Counted from the stretch's first letter, positions 15,325 to 25,451 are shown. The stretch: 38,218 bases of DNA from Actinomycetota bacterium (GCA_009699505.1 WLOB01000001.1:1-38218); one strand, 5' to 3'. A program made the numbers and translations. The notes: generated by a model from the sequence alone, not told the origin.

Positions 15325-17079
15325 ATGGCCGCCGAGGACGCCCCCGCCCCCAAGGACCCGTCGAACGCGGCGATCGCGGAGCTCCTGCAGGAGCTCGGCG
15401 ACCGGTACGAGCTCGACGGCGCCGTCGTCCACCGGGTGCTCGCCTACCGCAACGGGGCCAAGGCGGTCCTCGACGCGCCGCGGTCCGTCGCCGGCATGAC
15501 GCGGGCGGGCACCGTGACCGAGCTGCCCGGCATCGGCAAGACGCTCGAGGAGAAGTTCCGGGCGCTGCTCGACACGGGGGAGATCCCGGCGCTGACGAAG
15601 CTGCGCGAGAAGTACCCCGCGGGCCTCCTGACGCTCACGCACCTGCCCGGCCTCGGGCCGAAGAAGGCGCGCAAGCTGTTCGACGAGCTCGGCGTCGACG
15701 GGCCCGCCGCGCTGCGGGCGGCGATCGCCGACGACCGGGTCTCGACCCTCGCCGGGTTCGGCACGAAGACGCAGGAGAAGTACCTCAAGCTGCTCGACGC
15801 GGCGGGGGAGGACATCGAGCGGCCGCAGCGCGTCCTGCTGTCGAAGGCGCTGCCCCTCGCCGAGGCGCTCGTCGACGAGCTGCGCGAGCGCGGCAGGGAG
15901 GCGGGCGTCCACCGCGTCGAGGTCGCCGGGTCCGCGCGCCGCCGCGCCGACTCCGTCCACGACCTCGACGTCATCGCGACGGCCGACGACGCGGCCGCGC
16001 TGCTCGAGGTCTTCCGCACGTCCGAGCTCATCGCCGAGGTCGGCTCGAGCGGCGACAACGGGGCGCACGGCGTCCTGCACTCCGGCCTCTCCGTCGACCT
16101 GCGCGTCGTCGCCCCGGACCAGTTCGGCAACCTGCTGCAGCACTTCACGGGCAGCAAGGCGCACAACGTCGCGATGCGCGAGTCCGCGGTCAAGCGCGGG
16201 TTGCACATCTCGGAGTACGGGATCCTCGACGACGAGACCGGGAAGACCGAGCGGTTCGCCACGGAGGAGGAGGTCTACGCGCGCCTCGGGCTGCCGTGGA
16301 TCCCGCCGGAGCTCCGCGAGAACCGCGGCGAGCTGGCGCTGGACCAGGCGCCGCCGCTGATCGAGCTGGCGGACCTGCGCGGCGACCTGCACATGCACAC
16401 GACGCACTCCGACGGCCGGGCGTCCGTGCGCGACATGGCCCTCGCCGCGCGCGAGCTGGGCCACGAGTACCTCTGCATCACGGACCACTCCGCCACCCAC
16501 GGGTTCGGCGACGACGTCCAGCCCGACGAGCTGCGCGAGATCATCGCGGAGGTCCGTGCGGTCGACGAGGAGCTCGACGGGATCACGGTGCTCGCGGGCT
16601 CCGAGGTCAACATCGGGACGGACGGCCGGCTCGACTACGCCGACGACGTCCTCGCCGAGCTCGACTGGGTCGTGGCGTCGATCCACACCGCGTTCCAGAG
16701 CGACCCGACCCGCCGCATCGTCGCGGCGTGCGAGCACCCCATGGTCGACGTGATCGCGCACCCGACGGGCCGCCTGATCGGCCGGCGCGAGTCCTACGAC
16801 CTCGACGTCGACGCGATGATCGACGCGGCGCGGCGGACCGGCACGTTCCTCGAGATCAACGCCTCGCCGGCGCGCCGCGACCTGCACGACACCCACGCCC
16901 GCGCGGCCCGCGACGCGGGCGTGCTGCTGACGATCGACTCCGACGCCCACGGCCCGGACACGCTCACGAACCTGCGGTGGGGCGTCGCGACGGCCCGCCG
17001 CGCCTGGCTGGCGGCGGCGGACGTCGCGAACACCCGCCCGTGGGAGGAGCTGCGGCGGCTCCGTAAGGGCGGGCGCTGA
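15325..17079 (+). CDS. polX: DNA polymerase/3'-5' exonuclease PolX
   Basis: HhH motifs (LPGIG, LPGLG), GSARR...DLD and VDLR catalytic aspartates, HFTGSKAHN, and a C-terminal PHP domain (LHMHT, ITDH, DSDAH). Confidence 0.96.
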   Translation: MAAEDAPAPKDPSNAAIAELLQELGDRYELDGAVVHRVLAYRNGAKAVLDAPRSVAGMTRAGTVTELPGIGKTLEEKFRALLDTGEIPALTKLREKYPAGLLTLTHLPGLGPKKARKLFDELGVDGPAALRAAIADDRVSTLAGFGTKTQEKYLKLLDAAGEDIERPQRVLLSKALPLAEALVDELRERGREAGVHRVEVAGSARRRADSVHDLDVIATADDAAALLEVFRTSELIAEVGSSGDNGAHGVLHSGLSVDLRVVAPDQFGNLLQHFTGSKAHNVAMRESAVKRGLHISEYGILDDETGKTERFATEEEVYARLGLPWIPPELRENRGELALDQAPPLIELADLRGDLHMHTTHSDGRASVRDMALAARELGHEYLCITDHSATHGFGDDVQPDELREIIAEVRAVDEELDGITVLAGSEVNIGTDGRLDYADDVLAELDWVVASIHTAFQSDPTRRIVAACEHPMVDVIAHPTGRLIGRRESYDLDVDAMIDAARRTGTFLEINASPARRDLHDTHARAARDAGVLLTIDSDAHGPDTLTNLRWGVATARRAWLAAADVANTRPWEELRRLRKGGR

Positions 17080-17107
17080 CCCGGCGGGTCCGGCCGGACC
17101 CGCCGGG
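17080..17107. terminator. 28-bp perfect GC palindrome immediately after the polX stop
   Basis: cccggcgggtccgg|ccggacccgccggg between convergent genes; no U-tract. Confidence 0.6.
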
Positions 17108-17257
17108 CCGGACGGGAGCCACGGGCGTGAACCGGCCCGGTCGGCCGGACGGGCCGACGGGACCGGGTGGTGCACGGCCGTCGCGTCGCGGGAGGACGAC
17201 GGCGGGTGAGCGGGGACGGGTCGGCGCCTCCCGCGCCGTCCCGCCCCCGGGCGACGC

Positions 17258-17863
17258 TCAGTCCTCGGAGGTGCGCTGCTCCTTGACGCGGGCGGCCGCG
17301 TCCTCGAGGCGCTTGGCCTCGTCCTTGGCGGTGATCGCCTCGTCCTTCTTGTCCAGCGCCTCCTCGTCGGCCTTCAGGGCCTCGAGCTCGGCCTTCCGGG
17401 CCTCGGCCTCGCCGGCCTTGCGCTGCTCCTCCTCGGCCTTCTCCGAGGCCTGGCGGCGCTTCTCGGCGACCTCGTCGGCCTTGGCCTGCGCCTCGGCCTT
17501 GTCCTTCGCGGCCTTCTCGCGACGTGCCTTGGCGCGGGCGGCGGCCTGCTTCTTCTTCGCCTCGGCCTCCTTCGCCTTGGCGGCGGCCGCGTCGTCGGCC
17601 TTCTCGCGCTCGGCGGCGGCCTTGCCACGCAGGGCCTGGGCCTCGGCGCGCTCCTCGGCGGCCACCGTGGTGCGGGTGCCCTCCTGGCGCAGCTCCTCGT
17701 CGCCCAGGACGGTGCCGGCGGCCTGCTTGACGTGGCCCTCGGCCTGGTCGGCGATGGTGGTGCCGCCACGACCCGCGAGCTTCAGCGCGGTGTCGAGCGG
17801 GAGGCGGGCGACCTTCAGCGAGGTGCGCACCGCGAAGACGGGCAGGGCGGTCAGGCGGCTCAT
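17258..17863 (-). CDS. CsbD-like, Ala/Lys/Glu-rich coiled-coil protein
   Basis: AEGHVKQAAGTVLGDEELRQEG CsbD-like motif followed by a long AKE-rich helix. ATGA overlap with the upstream gene. Confidence 0.75.
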   Translation of the reverse strand: MSRLTALPVFAVRTSLKVARLPLDTALKLAGRGGTTIADQAEGHVKQAAGTVLGDEELRQEGTRTTVAAEERAEAQALRGKAAAEREKADDAAAAKAKEAEAKKKQAAARAKARREKAAKDKAEAQAKADEVAEKRRQASEKAEEEQRKAGEAEARKAELEALKADEEALDKKDEAITAKDEAKRLEDAAARVKEQRTSED

Positions 17864-18357
17864 CGTCCGGCCTCCGGGTCGGCGGCGGCCGCACGGCGCT
17901 CGGCCTGCTCCGCCTGACGCTCGAGGCGCTGGGCCTCCGTCAGGTGCTCGCCGCGCTCCTCGGCGCCGGCGCGCTCGGTCGCGCCGGCCTCTGCGGCGGC
18001 CTTGCGGCGCTCCTCGGCGGCGGCCTCCTGCTCGGCCTCCTCGGCCTTCTCGGCGCGGGCGGCGGCGGTGCGCTGCTCGTCCTCGATGCGCTCCTCGCGG
18101 GTCGCGGCGGCCTGCTCGGCCTCGAGCTCCTCGCGGCGCCGCTCGATCGCGGCGCGCTCCTCGGCGCTCTGGGCGGCCTCGCCCTCGCGACGCGCCTCCT
18201 TCGCGGCGGCCGCGGCCTCCGCGGACTGGTCGACAAACTCCTCCTGGAGCCGTCCCTCGCGCTGCAGGTCCTGGTCGTCCAGGACGCGACCCGCGGTCTG
18301 CTTGACCTTGCCGGCCACCTTCCCGGCGAGCCCGCCCAACGTGTTCTCGTCTGCCAT
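17860..18357 (-). CDS. CsbD family protein with E/R/A-rich extension
   Basis: GKVAGKVKQTAGRVLDDQDLQREG motif followed by a charged helix. Confidence 0.78.
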   Translation of the reverse strand: MADENTLGGLAGKVAGKVKQTAGRVLDDQDLQREGRLQEEFVDQSAEAAAAAKEARREGEAAQSAEERAAIERRREELEAEQAAATREERIEDEQRTAAARAEKAEEAEQEAAAEERRKAAAEAGATERAGAEERGEHLTEAQRLERQAEQAERRAAAADPEAGR

Positions 18358-18436
18358 GTCCCGCCCCTACCCCGTACGCACCGTGCGACGCGCTCCGTGT
18401 GCGGTCACACGGCCGTGGGGGACGGTGGATCGGGCG

Positions 18437-19066
18437 TCAGCGGCCGGTGAGCTGGGCCCGCAGCGTGCCGGCGAGCTGGGGGGCCTCGAGCACGCGGGGG
18501 AGGAGCGAGCGGTCCAGCAGCAGCGCGTCGGCGACGAGCGAGACCGTCACGCCGTGGTCGGGTCGGTCGTGGACCTCGATCGCGTCCCCGGCCCCGATCT
18601 CGCCGTGCTCGACGATGCGCAGGTACGCGCCCGGCCGGGAGGCGCCGGCGAAGTGCCGCAGCATCCGCGGGTCGTCGTGGACGAGGCCGAGCTTGAAGCA
18701 CGGCAGCCGCGGCTGGCAGACCTCGAGGAGCGCCGAGCCGACGCGCCAGCGCTCGCCGATCACCGCGCCGGTGCAGTCGATCCCGGACGTCGTGAGGTTC
18801 TCGCCGAACGCCCGGCCGGGCTCCATGGGCCGCTCGAACCCCTGCGACCACCAAGCGAGGTCCTCGCCCGCGTAGGCGTAGATCGCCTTCTCCGGTCCGC
18901 CGTGCACGGACCGGTCGGCCTGGTCGTCGCCCACCAGGTTGTCGCCCGCGGTGCGCAGGCGGCCGGCGACGGGCGACTTGCGGAAGCCGCTGAGCACGGG
19001 CCGGCCGCGGTGCTGCCCGATCGGCGCGGGCACGCCGACGTTCAGCGACAACAGCGTCCCGTGCAC
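18437..19066 (-). CDS. MOSC domain protein (YiiM-like)
   Basis: GDDQADRSVHGGPEKA, FGENLT, QPRLPCFKL and GAYLRIVEHGEI motifs. Confidence 0.92.
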   Translation of the reverse strand: MHGTLLSLNVGVPAPIGQHRGRPVLSGFRKSPVAGRLRTAGDNLVGDDQADRSVHGGPEKAIYAYAGEDLAWWSQGFERPMEPGRAFGENLTTSGIDCTGAVIGERWRVGSALLEVCQPRLPCFKLGLVHDDPRMLRHFAGASRPGAYLRIVEHGEIGAGDAIEVHDRPDHGVTVSLVADALLLDRSLLPRVLEAPQLAGTLRAQLTGR

Positions 19067-19086
19067 GGTGGCGCCGGCCCGGCGGG

Positions 19087-20133
19087 TCAGGCCGCGGCGG
19101 CGGGGGCCGGCTCGGCGGCCTCGGCCCAGGTCACGAGGCGCTTGCGGTCCTCGCACCAGAGCTTGAGGCGCATGGAGCGCACGGCCGTCCCGAGGCTCAG
19201 CACGGGGACGTCGCGGAAGAGGTCCGTGTCGTCGTGCGCCGCCTGCAGGCGGTAGTTCGGCACCTTCGCGCTCAGGTGGTGCACGTGGTGCAGCCCGATG
19301 TTGCCCGAGAAGAACTGCAGGACCTTCGGGAGCTTGAGGTACGAGCTGCCCTGGAGGGCGGCCTCGGCGTAGTCCCAGGAGTCCGAGTTCTCCCAGTACG
19401 CGTCCTCGTACTGGTGCTGGACGAAGAAGAGCCAGATGCCCGCGCCGCCGGCGAGGACGACGAGCGGCAGCTGGACGGCGAGGAACGCGACGGGCCCCAT
19501 GACGACGCAGAGGACGGCGACGGCGACGACCAGCGTGATGTTCGTCAGCTTGATGCTGTTCTGGATGCGCGGCCGGTCGGTCCTCTTCCAGAGGCGCGGC
19601 TGCAGCACGAGGGCGTAGAACGGCCCGATCGTGAACATGATCCAGGGGCTGCGGGTGAGGCGGTACTCGAGGCGCTTGCCACGCGAGGCGGTGTTCCACT
19701 CCGCGACGGTCATCGTCGGCACGTCGCCGTCGCCGCGGCGGTCGAGGTCGCCCGCGGACGCGTGGTGCATCGCGTGGCTGTGGCGCCAGGCGGAGAAGGG
19801 CGTGTAGACCAGGAGCGCGGTGAAGACGCCGACGACCTGGTTGCCGCGCTTCGTCGGCATGAAGTTGCCGTGCGCGCAGTCGTGGAAGACGATGTAGGTG
19901 CGCAGCAGGAAGCCGGCCGTCGGGATCGACAGCAGGAGCGTCAGGACGTACGAGACGTCGAGCAGCAGGTACATCGCGACGAAGCCGGCGATGTAGGGCA
20001 CGACCGACGTCAGCAGGTCCAGGACGCTCCGGCGGAGGTCGGGCTTCGCGTACGGCGCGAGGGCGACCTTCCAGGCGCTCTTCTCGTGCCCGGGCGCGGG
20101 GGCCGGGGAGGGCGGGGCGATCGTCGTGCTCAT
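19087..20133 (-). CDS. Membrane fatty acid desaturase (Bacillus Des-like)
   Basis: His boxes HDCAH, HAMHH and HHVHH; FFVQHQYE; TM segments. Confidence 0.93.
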   Translation of the reverse strand: MSTTIAPPSPAPAPGHEKSAWKVALAPYAKPDLRRSVLDLLTSVVPYIAGFVAMYLLLDVSYVLTLLLSIPTAGFLLRTYIVFHDCAHGNFMPTKRGNQVVGVFTALLVYTPFSAWRHSHAMHHASAGDLDRRGDGDVPTMTVAEWNTASRGKRLEYRLTRSPWIMFTIGPFYALVLQPRLWKRTDRPRIQNSIKLTNITLVVAVAVLCVVMGPVAFLAVQLPLVVLAGGAGIWLFFVQHQYEDAYWENSDSWDYAEAALQGSSYLKLPKVLQFFSGNIGLHHVHHLSAKVPNYRLQAAHDDTDLFRDVPVLSLGTAVRSMRLKLWCEDRKRLVTWAEAAEPAPAAAA

Positions 20134-20453
20134 AGGTGGTCCGCCGGGGGATCGGGTTCGAGGACCCCGGTCGACGGGGAACACAGCAGCGGCAGGGCAC
20201 AGTGTGGCGTGCGCGGGCCCTTCTTGTCGAGGGTCGGGGACGGGTCGGGGGGCGCACCGCACCCGGACGTCGGGGGGGTAGCCCCCGGGCGACGCCGGCG
20301 GGACGTGGGGGTCGACGGGAGGTGGACCGGATCGGCCCGGGTTGGACCGGGCGTTCCCTCGTGGGGCGGGCGGGGCGTCGGGTGGCGGGGTGACGCGTCC
20401 CCACGCGGTCACCGACCCGGCCCCTCCGGCTACGCGAGCGTAGGATGGCGGCC

Positions 20454-21281
20454 ATGGGCTCACGGAACGTCGTCGCCGGCCGCACCGCGGTCATCACCGG
20501 AGCGGGGTCGGGCATCGGCCGCGCCGTCGCGCAGCACCTGTCGGGCATGGGGTGCCCCGTCGCGCTCGTGGACTGGGACGAGGACGGGCTCGAGGAGACC
20601 GTCGCGTCGCTGCCCGGCGTGTCGATGCACCAGAAGCTCGATGTGCGCGACCGTCAGGCGCAGCTCGCGTTCGCGGCGGAGGTCGCGGAGTGGGCGCCCG
20701 CGCCGATCGGCATGGTGCTCAACAACGCCGGCGTCACCGTGTCGAACTCCGTCACGGGCGGCTCGCCCGAGGACGACGAGTGGGTCATGGACGTGAACTT
20801 CTGGGGCGTCGTGAACGGCACCCGGGCGTTCCTGCCGATCCTGCAGCAGCAGGACTCCGGCGTGATCGTGAACGTCTCGAGCCTCTTCGGGATCATCGCC
20901 TGGCCGACCCAGAGCGCCTACAACGCGTCGAAGTTCGCGGTCCGCGGCTTCACGGAGTCGCTGCGCATCGAGCTCGAGGGCACCGGCGTCAACGCGGTCA
21001 CGATCCACCCGGGCGGCGTGCGCACGCACATCGTGGACAACGCGCGGTTCCACGTCGACGACCAGGGCGGCACGGACCACGCGAAGCTCCAGCAGGACTT
21101 CAACAAGATCGCCCGCACGACGCCGAAGAAGGCGGCGAGGACGATCGTCTCCGGCGTCGAGCGCGGCAAGGACCGGATCCTCGTCGGTCCCGACGCCGTC
21201 GCGATGGTGACCCTGAGCCGCATGGTCCCCAACCGCTACTTCGACGTCATCCGCAAGCTGATGCCGCTCGTCCGGAAGTAG
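20454..21281 (+). CDS. SDR family oxidoreductase
   Basis: TGAGSGIG, NNAG, YNASK. ATG 20454 lies 7 nt after TAGGAT. Confidence 0.93.
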   Translation: MGSRNVVAGRTAVITGAGSGIGRAVAQHLSGMGCPVALVDWDEDGLEETVASLPGVSMHQKLDVRDRQAQLAFAAEVAEWAPAPIGMVLNNAGVTVSNSVTGGSPEDDEWVMDVNFWGVVNGTRAFLPILQQQDSGVIVNVSSLFGIIAWPTQSAYNASKFAVRGFTESLRIELEGTGVNAVTIHPGGVRTHIVDNARFHVDDQGGTDHAKLQQDFNKIARTTPKKAARTIVSGVERGKDRILVGPDAVAMVTLSRMVPNRYFDVIRKLMPLVRK

Positions 21282-21362
21282 GGCCGGGCCGGGAGTCGCT
21301 GGTGGGGCCGTCGGTCCGCCCGCGATCGAGCGGGCCACCGCCGACGGGGCCCTCCGGGCGGC

Positions 21363-21743
21363 TCATCGCAGGGCCTCGATCCGCAGCTCGCCGACGAGGG
21401 GCCCGTCGAGGACGAACCGCATGACGGACCGTCCCGGGCTGCCCGGGAAGTCCCCGGACACCTCGACCTCGACGGTCGTCGCCCCGCCGTCGCCGGCCAC
21501 GACCCCTCGCGGCTCGAGGCGCACGGACGCGGCCAGCAGGTGGTCGCGCACCCAGCCGGAGATCGCCGGGGCGCCGGCCAGGTCGAGGGACTCGCCCTCG
21601 TCGCGGACGACTCCGGTCGACCCGAACGCCGCGGCGACGGCGTCGGGGGCCTCGGCGGCGACGGCCGCGAAGAAGCGGGCCACCGGGTCCGGGAGCGGCG
21701 GGGCCGTCCGGTCGGCGGGGGCGGGCTGGGGGTGCGTGGTCAC
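21363..21743 (-). CDS. SnoaL/NTF2-like small protein
   Basis: LPDPVARFFAA...F...GVVRDEG...VSGDFPGSP...F motif set. GAGGA RBS before GTG 21743. Confidence 0.8.
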   Translation of the reverse strand: MTTHPQPAPADRTAPPLPDPVARFFAAVAAEAPDAVAAAFGSTGVVRDEGESLDLAGAPAISGWVRDHLLAASVRLEPRGVVAGDGGATTVEVEVSGDFPGSPGRSVMRFVLDGPLVGELRIEALR

Positions 21744-21797
21744 GGGTCGGTCCTCGTTCGTCGGCACGGGCGGGCGGCCTCACCGCTACCCGGCGCT

Positions 21798-21814
21798 CTA
21801 TAGCGTCGCTATAG
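21798..21814. promoter_or_regulatory. Putative TetR operator
   Basis: Perfect 8-1-8 palindrome CTATAGCG-T-CGCTATAG between the divergent snoaL-like and tetR genes. Confidence 0.75.
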
Positions 21815-21832
21815 GTTGTACCATATCGTCCG

Positions 21833-22570
21833 ATGGCGCCCCGGACGACGACCCCCACCACGGACGGTCCCGCGACCCGCGACCGGATCCTGCTGGCCGC
21901 CGCGTCGCTGCTCGACGAGGCGGCGGGCGGCGCGGTGTCGACCCGGGCGGTCTGCGAGCGGGCCGGGGTCCAGGCGCCGACGCTGTACCACCACTTCGGC
22001 TCGCGGCAGGGGCTGCTCGACGCGGTCGTCAGCCACGGGTTCCGGGAGCACCTCGCGGCCCGGCAGGACCGCGAGGGCGGCACGCCGGAGGACCCGGTCG
22101 ACGCGGTCCGCGAGGGCTGGGACGCGCACGTCCGCTTCGGCCTCGACCACCCCGAGACCTACGCGATGATCTACGGGGCCGTGCGTCCCGGCGAGCCCTG
22201 CGGCGTCGCGCGCGAGGTGGAGGCGATGATCCGGGCGACGCTCGAGCCGGCCGCGAGGTCGGGGCGGCTCCGGGTGACCCCGGCGCAGGCGGCGGCCGAG
22301 GTCTTCGCGGCGAGCTCGGGCGTGACGCTCGCCCTGATCCAGCAGCCCGCGGACGGGCGGGACGACGGCCTCTCGCACCGCGTCCGCGACGCCGTCCTCG
22401 CCGCGGTCCTGGTCGACGGCCCGTCCTCGCCGACGCCGGCCCCCGGGGACGGGCCCGCGGCGTCGGCGGTCGCGCTGACCGCCGCCCTGGACGCCGCCGA
22501 CGACCCGCCGTTGTCGCCGGGCGAGCGGGTCCTCCTGCGGGAGCTGCTGGACCGGCTGGCGGGGGGCTGA
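21833..22570 (+). CDS. TetR/AcrR family transcriptional regulator
   Basis: RDRILLAA...STRAVCERAGVQAPTLYHHFGS HTH. Confidence 0.93.
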   Translation: MAPRTTTPTTDGPATRDRILLAAASLLDEAAGGAVSTRAVCERAGVQAPTLYHHFGSRQGLLDAVVSHGFREHLAARQDREGGTPEDPVDAVREGWDAHVRFGLDHPETYAMIYGAVRPGEPCGVAREVEAMIRATLEPAARSGRLRVTPAQAAAEVFAASSGVTLALIQQPADGRDDGLSHRVRDAVLAAVLVDGPSSPTPAPGDGPAASAVALTAALDAADDPPLSPGERVLLRELLDRLAGG

Positions 22571-22634
22571 GGACCGGCCGGCGGGGACGGCCGCGGCTCC
22601 CGCGCGCCCACCGCTGCCGATCCGGTCGCCTGCC

Positions 22635-23966
22635 CTACCCCCGCGGTCGCGCCACCGGGTCCGCCGGGCCGACCGGCGGGAGGCCCGGTGCGGGCGGGAC
22701 GTCGTCGTCGTGCTGCAGGGTCTTCAGGACGCGGTAGGTGACGATCGCCGCGATCGTGCCCAACGCGATGCCGGCGAAGGAGTAGTCGCCCCAGTTCAGC
22801 GTGTAGTCCGCGGCGCCGACGGTGATGGCGACGGCGGCGGTGATGAGGTTGACCGGGTCGCGGAAATCCACCCGGGCGTCGATCCACACCCGGGCGCCGA
22901 GGACGGCGATCAGGCCGAAGAGGACCGTCACCGCGCCGCCGAGGACGCCGGTCGGGATCGCCTGGATGATCGCGCCGAACTTCGGCAGCAGGCCCAGCGC
23001 GATCGCGGTCAGGCCGGCGATGACGTAGGCGAGCGTCGAATAGACGCGCGTCAGGCCCATCACGCCGATGTTCTCGCCGTAGGTCGTCGTCGCGGACCCG
23101 CCGAAGAGCCCCGACACCGTCGTCGCGAGGCCGTCGCCCATGAAGGAGCGGCCGATGTCGCCGTCGAGGTCGCGCTCCGTCATCGCGCCGACGGTCTTCA
23201 CGTGCCCGGCGTTCTCCGCCAGCAGCACGAGCACCACCGCGGGGACGATGAGCAGGATCGCTCGCCACTGGAACTCGGGCGTGGCGAAGTCGGGGAAGCC
23301 GAACCACGCGGCGTCGTGCACGCCGGACCAGTCGACCTTCCCGAGGATCGCGGCGAAGACGTAGCCGACGACGACGCCGAGGAAGACCGAGAGGCTCGAG
23401 ACGAACCCACGCACCGCCACGCCGATGACGACGATCGCCACGAGCGTGACGAGCGCGATCCCCGCCTGCGACTCGAACTGCCCCTTGGCCACGGGCGCGA
23501 GGTTCAGGCCGATGAGCGCGACGATCGCGCCCGTCACCACCGGGGGCAGCAGCCAGTCCAGCGGCCCCGTCCCGACGCGGTCGACCAGCAGGCCGATGAG
23601 GAAGACCACGACGCCCGCCACCACGATGCCGCCGAGCGCGACGCCGATGCCGCCGTCGGTCTGCGCGGCCACCACCGGGGCGATGAACGCGAAGCTCGAG
23701 CCCGTGTAGGACGGCACCCGGTTGCGGGTCATCAGGACGAACAGCAGCGTGCCGATGCCCGAGAAGAAGATCGTGGTCGAGACCGGGAAGCCCGTGAGCA
23801 CCGGCACGAGCGCGGTCGAGCCGAACATCGCGAGCACGTGCTGCATGCCCAGGCCGAGCATGATCGGCGTGCTCAGCCGCTCGTCGGGCCGGACGACCTC
23901 GCCTGGTCGGACGCGCGAGCCGTCGCCGTGGAGCTTCCAGGTGGGGATGAGGGACGAGCGGGCCAT
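22635..23966 (-). CDS. NCS2 family uracil permease (UraA/PyrP-like)
   Basis: LGMQH motif and NAT signature TTYGENIGVMGLTRV with Glu, as in UraA. GAGGAG RBS before ATG 23966. Confidence 0.9.
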   Translation of the reverse strand: MARSSLIPTWKLHGDGSRVRPGEVVRPDERLSTPIMLGLGMQHVLAMFGSTALVPVLTGFPVSTTIFFSGIGTLLFVLMTRNRVPSYTGSSFAFIAPVVAAQTDGGIGVALGGIVVAGVVVFLIGLLVDRVGTGPLDWLLPPVVTGAIVALIGLNLAPVAKGQFESQAGIALVTLVAIVVIGVAVRGFVSSLSVFLGVVVGYVFAAILGKVDWSGVHDAAWFGFPDFATPEFQWRAILLIVPAVVLVLLAENAGHVKTVGAMTERDLDGDIGRSFMGDGLATTVSGLFGGSATTTYGENIGVMGLTRVYSTLAYVIAGLTAIALGLLPKFGAIIQAIPTGVLGGAVTVLFGLIAVLGARVWIDARVDFRDPVNLITAAVAITVGAADYTLNWGDYSFAGIALGTIAAIVTYRVLKTLQHDDDVPPAPGLPPVGPADPVARPRG

Positions 23967-24197
23967 GGGACTCCTCGGGATCGGGGTGGCGCGGTCGGGG
24001 GACGGCGCGTCGGCGTCGATGGTGACGGAGCGGGCCGACGACAGGCCTGGACGACGGGAGCGACGGACGGGGGTCGCGCGCGACACCCGTCCGGGGCCCG
24101 CCGTGGCCCCGGGCCGCCGGACCGCGGGGTCGCCGGGCACCCACACGACGCGCGCACCCTCCCGACCGTCCCCGGACCCCGGTTCCGGGGGGTCCGG

Positions 24198-24212
24198 TGT
24201 GGTCCGACCACA
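24198..24212. promoter_or_regulatory. Putative GntR/FadR-family operator
   Basis: Perfect 7-1-7 palindrome TGTGGTC-C-GACCACA containing TGGTCnGACCA. Confidence 0.55.
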
Positions 24213-24269
24213 GCGCGGACCCCCTACCCGGACGTAGGGTGCGGCCATGCCCCGCCCGTCGGACCGCCC

Positions 24270-25451
24270 ATGAGCACCCCGCAGCCCACCGTCGTCGTCT
24301 ACGGCGCCACGGGATACACCGGCAAGCTGGTCGTCGCCGAGCTCTCCGCGCGCGGCGTGCCGCTCGTCCTGGCCGGTCGCAGCGCCGACCGGCTGACCGC
24401 CGTCGGCGCGACGCTCCCCGAGGGCGTGGAGGCCATCGTCGAGGCCCCGATCGACGACGACGCGGCGCTGCGCGACGCCGCCGGCCGCGGCTCGGTCGTC
24501 GTCAACTGCGCCGGGCCGTTCGCCCGCACCGGCGCCCCCGTCCTGCGCGCCGCCGCGGCCGCCGGGTCGCACTACGTCGACACCACGGGCGAGCAGGACT
24601 GGATCGCCCGCGTGCTGTCCGAGCACGACGCCGAGCTGCGCGCCGCGGACGTCGCCGCGATCCCCGGGATGGGCTTCGACTACCTGCCGGGCGACCTGCT
24701 CTGCAACGTCGTCGGTGCCCCGCTCGGCCCGCTCGCCCGGCTCGACGTGGCGTACCACGTCGAGGGCTTCGGGATGACCCGCGGCACGCAGCGCTCGGCG
24801 CTCGAGATGCTCGACGGCCGCGACGTCGTCTTCGAGGACGGGGCGCTCAGGCCCGGCGGCACGAAGCCGCTGCGCGCGTCCGTCGAGTTCCCCGCCCCGG
24901 TCGGCCGGCGCACCGTCGGGCGCTACCCCGCCGGCGAGGTCGTCACGGCCCCGAGGCACCTCGACGTCCGCACGATCGCGGCGCGCATCACGACCGTGTC
25001 GATCGCGCCCGGCCCCGTCGCCCCGCTCGTCCCGTACGCCACGCCGGTCGTCGCCCGGCTGCTTCGCACGCCCGTGAAGGGCCTGATCGACCGGGCGATC
25101 GAGCGGCTGCCGGAGGGCCCGCCCGAGGACGAGCGGCGCGCCGTGCGCTGGACGATCCTCGTCACCGCGACCGCCGAGGACGGGCGCACGAGCACCGGCG
25201 TGGTGCGCGGCCCCGACATCTACGGCCTGACGGCGCGGACCATCGCCGACGCCGCCGAGGCGCTCGGCTCCGGCGCGGTCACCGCCCGCGGCGGCCTGGC
25301 CCCGGCGCAGGCGTTCGACGCCCGCGCGACGCTCGACGCGCTCGCCGACTTCGGCGTCGCCTACGAGGTCGACGGGGTGGCCGGCGGTTCCGCGGCGCCC
25401 GCGACCACCGCGGGTCGCGGCGCGACGGGCACGGACGGAGCGGCCGCATGA
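24270..25451 (+). CDS. Saccharopine dehydrogenase-like NADP-binding oxidoreductase
   Basis: VVYGATGYTG, LAGRS, NCAGPF, HYVDTTGE and GFDYLPGD motifs. Confidence 0.9.
   Translation: MSTPQPTVVVYGATGYTGKLVVAELSARGVPLVLAGRSADRLTAVGATLPEGVEAIVEAPIDDDAALRDAAGRGSVVVNCAGPFARTGAPVLRAAAAAGSHYVDTTGEQDWIARVLSEHDAELRAADVAAIPGMGFDYLPGDLLCNVVGAPLGPLARLDVAYHVEGFGMTRGTQRSALEMLDGRDVVFEDGALRPGGTKPLRASVEFPAPVGRRTVGRYPAGEVVTAPRHLDVRTIAARITTVSIAPGPVAPLVPYATPVVARLLRTPVKGLIDRAIERLPEGPPEDERRAVRWTILVTATAEDGRTSTGVVRGPDIYGLTARTIADAAEALGSGAVTARGGLAPAQAFDARATLDALADFGVAYEVDGVAGGSAAPATTAGRGATGTDGAAA

Noticed and set aside
15325-17079. Possible non-canonical (inactive) PolX
   Set aside because: The catalytic DxD (DLD), the third Asp (VDLR) and the PHP metal ligands are present, so it looks canonical.
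23967-24197. PyrR-binding attenuator or purine/xanthine riboswitch before the uracil permease
   Set aside because: Several GC hairpins exist (e.g. 24065-24092), but I see no PyrR loop consensus, U-tract terminator or purine aptamer core.
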